A stretch of 64,000 bases of DNA, taken from Eledone cirrhosa (taxonomy: Eukaryota). The notes under the pieces are model-generated. The model did not search any database. It was not told the origin of the DNA and was given only the letters and a program-made list of their open reading frames with translations. The stretch spans positions 183,458,001-183,522,000 of the forward strand of contig OZ024742.1 in assembly GCA_964016885.1 (NCBI GenBank), written 5' to 3'. The translations under genes were made by a program, and so were the position numbers. Of the stretch, positions 54,501-64,000 are shown piece after piece. Position 1 is the stretch's first letter. The number at the start of each line of letters is the position of its first letter.

Positions 54501-57500
54501 CTAGGTACATTACAGTACCATATATTCTAGTCAGAACGAGGTACATTACAGTACCATATATTCTAAACAGAACTAGGTATATTAGAGTACCATATATTCT
54601 TGACAGAACAAGGTACATTACAGTACCATATATTCTAAACAGAACTAGGTACATTAGAGTACCATACATTCTAGAGAGAACTAGGTACATTACAGTACCA
54701 TATATTCTAAACAGAACTAGGTACATTACAGTACCATATATTCCAGACAGAACTAGGTACATTAGAGTACCATATATTCTAGACAGAACTAGGTACATTA
54801 CAGTACCATATATTCTAAACAGAACTAGGTACATCACAGTACCATATATTCTGAACAGAACTAGGTACATTACAGTACCATATATTCTAAACAGAACTAG
54901 GTACATTACAGTACCATATATTCTAAACAGAAAAAGGTATATTACAGTACCATATATTCTAAACAGAACTAGGTACATTACAGTACCATATATTCTAGAC
55001 AGAACAAGGTACATTACAGTACCATATATTCCAGAGAGAAGTAGGTACATTAGAGTACCATATATTCTAAACAGAACTAGGTACATTAGAGTACCATATA
55101 TTCTAAACAGAACTAGGTACATTAGAGTACCATATATTCTAGAGAGAACTAGGTACATTACAGTACCATATATTCTAAACAGAACTAGGTACATTACAGT
55201 GCCATATATTCTACACAGAACTAGGTACATGACAGTGCCATATATTCTACACAGAACTAGGTACATTACAGTACCATATATTCCAGAGAGAAGTAGGTAC
55301 ATTAGAGTACCATATATTCTAAACAGAACTAGGTACATTAGAGTACCATATATTCTAAACAGAACTAGGTACATTAGAGTACCATATATTCTAGAGAGAA
55401 CTAGGTACATTACAGTACCATATATTCTAAACAGAACTAGGTACATTACAGTACCATATATTCTAAACAGAACTAGGTACATTACAGTACCATATATTGT
55501 AAACAGAACAAGGTACATTACAGTACCATATATTCTAAACAGAACTAGGTACATTACAGTACCATATATTGTAAACAGAACTAGGTACATTACAGTACCA
55601 TATATTCTAAACAGAACTAGGTACATTACAGTACTATATATTCTAGACAGAACAAGGTACATTACAGTACCATATATTCTAAACAGAACAAGGTACATTA
55701 CAGTACCATATATTCTAAACAGAACTAGGTACATTACAGTACCATATATTCTAGACAGAACTAGGTACATTACAGTACCATATATTCTAGACAGAACTAG
55801 GTACATTACAGTACCATATATTCTAGACAGAACTAGGTACATTAGAGTACCATATATTCTAGACAGACCTAGGTACATTACAGTACCATATATTATAGAC
55901 AGAACTAGGTACATTACAGTACCATATATTCTAGACAGAACAAGGTACATTACAGTACCATATATTCTAGACAGAACTAGCTACATTACAATACCATATA
56001 TTCTAGACAGAACAAGGTACATTACAGTACCATATATTCTAAACAGAACAAGGTACATTACAGTACCATATATTCTAAACAGAACTAGGTACATTACAGT
56101 ACCATATATTCTAAACAGAAAAAGGTATATTACAGTACCATATATTCTAAACAGAACTAGGTACATTACAGTACCATATATTCTAGACAGAACAAGGTAC
56201 ATTACAGTACCATATATTCTAGACAGAACTAGGTACATTACAGAACCATATATTCTAGACAGAACTAGGTATATTACAGTACCATATATTCTAGACAGAA
56301 CTAGGTACATTACAGTACCATAAATTATAGACAGAAGTAGGTACATTACAGTACCATATATTCTAGACAGAACTAGGTATATTACAGTACCATATATTCT
56401 AAACAGAACTAGGCACATTACAGTACCATATATTCTAAACAGAACTAGGTACATTACAGTACCATATATTCTAAACAGAACTAGGTACATTACAGTACCA
56501 TATATTCTAAACAGAACTAGGTACATTAGAGTACCATATATTCTAGACAGAACTAGGTACATTACAGTACCATATATTATAGACAGAACTAGGTACAATA
56601 GAGTACCATATAGTCTAAACAGAAATAGGTACATTACAGTACCTTATATTGTAAACAGAACTAGGTACATTACAGTACCATATATTGTAAACAGAACTAG
56701 GTACATTACAGTACCATATATTCTAAACAGAACTAGGTATATTACAGTACGATATATTCTAAACAGAACTAGGTACATTACAGTACCATATATTCCAGAG
56801 AGAAGTAGCTACATTAGAGCACCATATATTCTAAACAGAATTAGGTACATTAGAGTACCATATATTCTAAACAGAACTAGGTACATTAGAGTACCATATA
56901 TTCTAGAGAGAACTAGGTACATTACATTACCATATATTCTAAACAGAACTAGGTACATTACAGTACCATATATTGTAAACAGAACAAGGTACATTACAGT
57001 ACCATATATTCTAAACAGGACTAGGTACATTACAGTACCATATATTCTAAACAGAACTAGGTACATTACAGTACCATATATTCTAAACAGAACTAGGTAC
57101 ATTACAGTACCATATATTCTAGACAGAACAAGGTACATTACAGTACCATATATTCTAAACAGGAGAAGGTACATTACACTACCATATATTCTAAACAGAA
57201 CTAGGTACATTACAGTACCATATATTCTAGACAGAACTAGGTACATTACAGTACCATATATTCTAGACAGAACTAGGTACATTACAGTACCATATATTAT
57301 AGACAGAACTAGGTACATTACTGTAGCATATATTCTAGACAGAACAAGGTACATTACAGTACCATATATTCTAGACAGAACAAGGTACATTACAGTACCA
57401 TATATTCTAAACAGAACTAGGTACATTACAGTACCATATATTCTAAACAGAACTAGGTACATTACAGTACCATATATTCTAGACAGAACTAGGTACATTA

Positions 57501-60500
57501 CAGTACCATATATTCTAGACAGAACTCGGTACATTACAGTACCATATATTCTAAACAGAACTAGGTACATTACAGTACCATATATTCTAGACAGAACTAG
57601 GTACATTAGAGTACCTTATATTCTAGACAGAACTAGGTACATTAGAGTACCATATATTCTAGACAGAACTAGGTACATTACAGTACCATATATTATAGAC
57701 AGAACTAGGTACATTACTGTACCATATATTCTAGACAGAACAAGGTACATTACAGTACCATATATTCTAGACAGAACAAGGTACATTACAGTACCATATA
57801 TTTTAGACAGAACTAGGTACATTACAGTACCATATATTCTAGACATAACTAGGTACATTACAGTACCATATATTCTAGACAGAACTACGTACATTACAGT
57901 ACCATATATTCTAAACAGAACTAGGTATATTACAGTACCATATATTCTAAACAGAACTAGGTACATTACAGTACCATATATTCTAGACAGAACAAGGTAC
58001 ATTACAGTACCATATATTCGAAACAGAACTAGGTACATTACAGTACTATATATTCTAGAGAGGAACAAGGTACATTACAGTACCATATATTCTAAACAGA
58101 ACAAGGTACATTACAGTACCATATATTCTAAACAGAACTAGGTACATTACAGTACCATATATTCTAAACAGAAAAAGGTATATTACAGTACCATATATTC
58201 TAAACAGAACTAGGTACATTACAGTACCATATATTCTAGACAGAACGAGGTACATTACAGTACCATATATTCTAGACAGAACTAGGTACATTACAGAACC
58301 ATATATTCTAGACAGAACTAGGTATATTACAGTACCATATATTCTAGACAGAACTACGTACATTACAGTACCATAAATTATAGACAGAAGTAGGTACATT
58401 ACAGTACCATATATTCTAGACAGAACTAGGTATATTACAGTACCATATATTCTAAACAGAACTAGGCACATTACAGTACCATATATTCTAAACAGAACTA
58501 GGTACATTACAGTACCATATATTCTAAACAGAACTAGGTACATTACAGTACCATATATTCTAAACAGAACTAGGTGCATTAGAGTACCATATATTCTAGA
58601 CAGAACTAGGTACATTACAGTACCATATATTATAGACAGAACTAGGTACAATAGAGTACCATATAGTCTAAACAGAAATAGGTACATTACAGTACCATAT
58701 ATTCTAAACAGAACTAGGTACATTACAGTACCATATATTGTAAACAGAACTAGGTACATTACAGTACCATATATTGTAAACAGAACTAGGTACATTACAG
58801 TACCATATATTCTAAACAGAACTAGGTATATTACAGAACGATATATTCTAAACAGAACTAGGTACATTACAGTACCATATATTCCAGAGAGAAGTAGCTA
58901 CATTAGAGTACCATATATTCTAAACAGAACTAGGTACATTAGAGTACCATATATTCTAAACAGAACTAGGTACATTAGAGTACCATATATTCTAGAGAGA
59001 ACTAGGTACATTACATTACCATATATTCTAAACAGAACTAGGTACATTACAGTACCATATATTCTAAACAGAACTAGGTACATTACAGTACCATATATTC
59101 TAAACAGAACTAGGTACATTACAGTACCATATATTCTAGTCAGAACGAGGTACATTACAGTACCATATATTCTAAACAGAACTAGGTATATTAGAGTACC
59201 ATATATTCTTGACAGAACAAGGTACATTACAGTACCATATATTCTAAACAGAACTAGGTACATTAGAGTACCATACATTCTAGAGAGAACTAGGTACATT
59301 ACAGTACCATATATTCTAAACAGAACTAGGTACATTACAGTACCATATATTCCAGACAGAACTAGGTACATTAGAGTACCATATATTCTAGACAGAACTA
59401 GGTACATTACAGTACCATATATTCTAAACAGAACTAGGTACATCACAGTACCATATATTCTGAACAGAACTAGGTACATTACAGTACCATATATTCTAAA
59501 CAGAACTAGGTACATTACAGTACCATATATTCTAAACAGAAAAAGGTATATTACAGTACCATATATTCTAAACAGAACTAGGTACATTACAGTACCATAT
59601 ATTCTAGACAGAACAAGGTACATTACAGTACCATATATTCCAGAGAGAAGTAGGTACATTAGAGTACCATATATTCTAAACAGAACTAGGTACATTAGAG
59701 TACCATATATTCTAAACAGAACTAGGTACATTAGAGTACCATATATTCTAGAGAGAACTAGGTACATTACAGTACCATATATTCTAAACAGAACTAGGTA
59801 CATTACAGTGCCATATATTCTACACAGAACTAGGTACATGACAGTGCCATATATTCTACACAGAACTAGGTACATTACAGTACCATATATTCCAGAGAGA
59901 AGTAGGTACATTAGAGTACCATATATTCTAAACAGAACTAGGTACATTAGAGTACCATATATTCTAAACAGAACTAGGTACATTAGAGTACCATATATTC
60001 TAGAGAGAACTAGGTACATTACAGTACCATATATTCTAAACAGAACTAGGTACATTACAGTACCATATATTCTAAACAGAACTAGGTACATTACAGTACC
60101 ATATATTGTAAACAGAACAAGGTACATTACAGTACCATATATTCTAAACAGAACTAGGTACATTACAGTACCATATATTGTAAACAGAACTAGGTACATT
60201 ACAGTACCATATATTCTAAACAGAACTAGGTACATTACAGTACTATATATTCTAGACAGAACAAGGTACATTACAGTACCATATATTCTAAACAGAACAA
60301 GGTACATTACAGTACCATATATTCTAAACAGAACTAGGTACATTACAGTACCATATATTCTAGACAGAACTAGGTACATTACAGTACCATATATTCTAGA
60401 CAGAACTAGGTACATTACAGTACCATATATTCTAGACAGAACTAGGTACATTAGAGTACCATATATTCTAGACAGACCTAGGTACATTACAGTACCATAT

Positions 60501-63500
60501 ATTATAGACAGAACTAGGTACATTACAGTACCATATATTCTAGACAGAACAAGGTACATTACAGTACCATATATTCTAGACAGAACTAGCTACATTACAA
60601 TACCATATATTCTAGACAGAACAAGGTACATTACAGTACCATATATTCTAAACAGAACAAGGTACATTACAGTACCATATATTCTAAACAGAACTAGGTA
60701 CATTACAGTACCATATATTCTAAACAGAAAAAGGTATATTACAGTACCATATATTCTAAACAGAACTAGGTACATTACAGTACCATATATTCTAGACAGA
60801 ACAAGGTACATTACAGTACCATATATTCTAGACAGAACTAGGTACATTACAGAACCATATATTCTAGACAGAACTAGGTATATTACAGTACCATATATTC
60901 TAGACAGAACTAGGTACATTACAGTACCATAAATTATAGACAGAAGTAGGTACATTACAGTACCATATATTCTAGACAGAACTAGGTATATTACAGTACC
61001 ATATATTCTAAACAGAACTAGGCACATTACAGTACCATATATTCTAAACAGAACTAGGTACATTACAGTACCATATATTCTAAACAGAACTAGGTACATT
61101 ACAGTACCATATATTCTAAACAGAACTAGGTACATTAGAGTACCATATATTCTAGACAGAACTAGGTACATTACAGTACCATATATTATAGACAGAACTA
61201 GGTACAATAGAGTACCATATAGTCTAAACAGAAATAGGTACATTACAGTACCTTATATTGTAAACAGAACTAGGTACATTACAGTACCATATATTGTAAA
61301 CAGAACTAGGTACATTACAGTACCATATATTCTAAACAGAACTAGGTATATTACAGTACGATATATTCTAAACAGAACTAGGTACATTACAGTACCATAT
61401 ATTCCAGAGAGAAGTAGCTACATTAGAGCACCATATATTCTAAACAGAATTAGGTACATTAGAGTACCATATATTCTAAACAGAACTAGGTACATTAGAG
61501 TACCATATATTCTAGAGAGAACTAGGTACATTACATTACCATATATTCTAAACAGAACTAGGTACATTACAGTACCATATATTGTAAACAGAACAAGGTA
61601 CATTACAGTACCATATATTCTAAACAGGACTAGGTACATTACAGTACCATATATTCTAAACAGAACTAGGTACATTACAGTACCATATATTCTAAACAGA
61701 ACTAGGTACATTACAGTACCATATATTCTAGACAGAACAAGGTACATTACAGTACCATATATTCTAAACAGGAGAAGGTACATTACACTACCATATATTC
61801 TAAACAGAACTAGGTACATTACAGTACCATATATTCTAGACAGAACTAGGTACATTACAGTACCATATATTCTAGACAGAACTAGGTACATTACAGTACC
61901 ATATATTATAGACAGAACTAGGTACATTACTGTAGCATATATTCTAGACAGAACAAGGTACATTACAGTACCATATATTCTAGACAGAACAAGGTACATT
62001 ACAGTACCATATATTCTAAACAGAACTAGGTACATTACAGTACCATATATTCTAAACAGAACTAGGTACATTACAGTACCATATATTCTAGACAGAACTA
62101 GGTACATTACAGTACCATATATTCTAGACAGAACTCGGTACATTACAGTACCATATATTCTAAACAGAACTAGGTACATTACAGTACCATATATTCTAGA
62201 CAGAACTAGGTACATTAGAGTACCTTATATTCTAGACAGAACTAGGTACATTAGAGTACCATATATTCTAGACAGAACTAGGTACATTACAGTACCATAT
62301 ATTATAGACAGAACTAGGTACATTACTGTACCATATATTCTAGACAGAACAAGGTACATTACAGTACCATATATTCTAGACAGAACAAGGTACATTACAG
62401 TACCATATATTTTAGACAGAACTAGGTACATTACAGTACCATATATTCTAGACATAACTAGGTACATTACAGTACCATATATTCTAGACAGAACTACGTA
62501 CATTACAGTACCATATATTCTAAACAGAACTAGGTATATTACAGTACCATATATTCTAAACAGAACTAGGTACATTACAGTACCATATATTCTAGACAGA
62601 ACAAGGTACATTACAGTACCATATATTCGAAACAGAACTAGGTACATTACAGTACTATATATTCTAGAGAGGAACAAGGTACATTACAGTACCATATATT
62701 CTAAACAGAACAAGGTACATTACAGTACCATATATTCTAAACAGAACTAGGTACATTACAGTACCATATATTCTAAACAGAAAAAGGTATATTACAGTAC
62801 CATATATTCTAAACAGAACTAGGTACATTACAGTACCATATATTCTAGACAGAACGAGGTACATTACAGTACCATATATTCTAGACAGAACTAGGTACAT
62901 TACAGAACCATATATTCTAGACAGAACTAGGTATATTACAGTACCATATATTCTAGACAGAACTACGTACATTACAGTACCATAAATTATAGACAGAAGT
63001 AGGTACATTACAGTACCATATATTCTAGACAGAACTAGGTATATTACAGTACCATATATTCTAAACAGAACTAGGCACATTACAGTACCATATATTCTAA
63101 ACAGAACTAGGTACATTACAGTACCATATATTCTAAACAGAACTAGGTACATTACAGTACCATATATTCTAAACAGAACTAGGTGCATTAGAGTACCATA
63201 TATTCTAGACAGAACTAGGTACATTACAGTACCATATATTATAGACAGAACTAGGTACAATAGAGTACCATATAGTCTAAACAGAAATAGGTACATTACA
63301 GTACCATATATTCTAAACAGAACTAGGTACATTACAGTACCATATATTGTAAACAGAACTAGGTACATTACAGTACCATATATTGTAAACAGAACTAGGT
63401 ACATTACAGTACCATATATTCTAAACAGAACTAGGTATATTACAGAACGATATATTCTAAACAGAACTAGGTACATTACAGTACCATATATTCCAGAGAG

Positions 63501-64000
63501 AAGTAGCTACATTAGAGTACCATATATTCTAAACAGAACTAGGTACATTAGAGTACCATATATTCTAAACAGAACTAGGTACATTAGAGTACCATATATT
63601 CTAGAGAGAACTAGGTACATTACATTACCATATATTCTAAACAGAACTAGGTACATTACAGTACCATATATTCTAAACAGAACTAGGTACATTACAGTAC
63701 CATATATTCTAGACAGAACTAGGTACATTACAGTACCATATATTCTAGACAGAACTCGGTACATTACAGTACCATATATTCTAAACAGAACTAGGTACAT
63801 TACAGTACCATATATTCTAGACAGAACTAGGTACATTAGAGTACCATATATTCTAGACAGAACTAGGTACATTACAGTACCATATATTCTAAACAGAACT
63901 AGGTACATTACAGTACCATATATTCTAGACAGAACTAGGTACATTAGAGTACCTTATATTCTAGACAGAACTAGGTACATTAGAGTACCATATATTCTAG
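45561..64000. repeat. 36-bp satellite array (~510 monomers, runs off the window) with higher-order repeats
   Basis: Consensus ACAGAACTAGGTACATTACAGTACCATATATTCTA(A/G). Identical ORF blocks recur at offset 4609 (55199/59808, 58055/62664), 8353 (47628/55981) and 1188 (46409/47597). Confidence 0.98.

Noticed and set aside
45484-63944. Very long ORFs on both strands (TVPYILNRTRYI / MYLVLFRIYGTV repeats, up to 1633 aa)
   Set aside because: By-product of a 36-bp unit with stop-free frames. Stop codons and +1 frameshifts occur on both strands and are propagated in the higher-order repeats; there are no unique N- or C-terminal domains.
45561-64000. CRISPR-like 36-bp palindromic repeat
   Set aside because: Monomers are directly adjacent with no unique spacers, there are no cas genes, and the context is eukaryotic.

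Overview
AT-rich, microsatellite-dense metazoan DNA with no recognisable host gene. The SINE repertoire suggests an octopus/coleoid cephalopod genome (inference from recalled repeat sequences, not verified). Positions 1-45 kb are a mosaic of transposable elements: three head-to-tail 5'-truncated L1/Tx1-type LINEs, each ending in a (TCTA)n tail (16.9-22.5 kb, one with an intact ~850-codon RT region); two Penelope-like elements (RT + GIY-YIG); decayed CRE-like, Dong/R4-like, CR1/L2, RTE and mariner remnants; five short Helitron-like elements; and many tRNA-type SINE copies. From ~45.5 kb to the window end is a 36-bp satellite with higher-order structure. The most notable signals are: (1) a dispersed, (TA)n-associated, often palindromic non-coding repeat family carrying a minimal type I hammerhead ribozyme, plus other hammerhead types clustered next to a Penelope 3' end; (2) a LINE array whose tail appears to regenerate its own (TCTA)n target; (3) a 41-bp minisatellite derived from a retrotransposon zinc-knuckle codon stretch. 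All coordinates and structures were read by eye.
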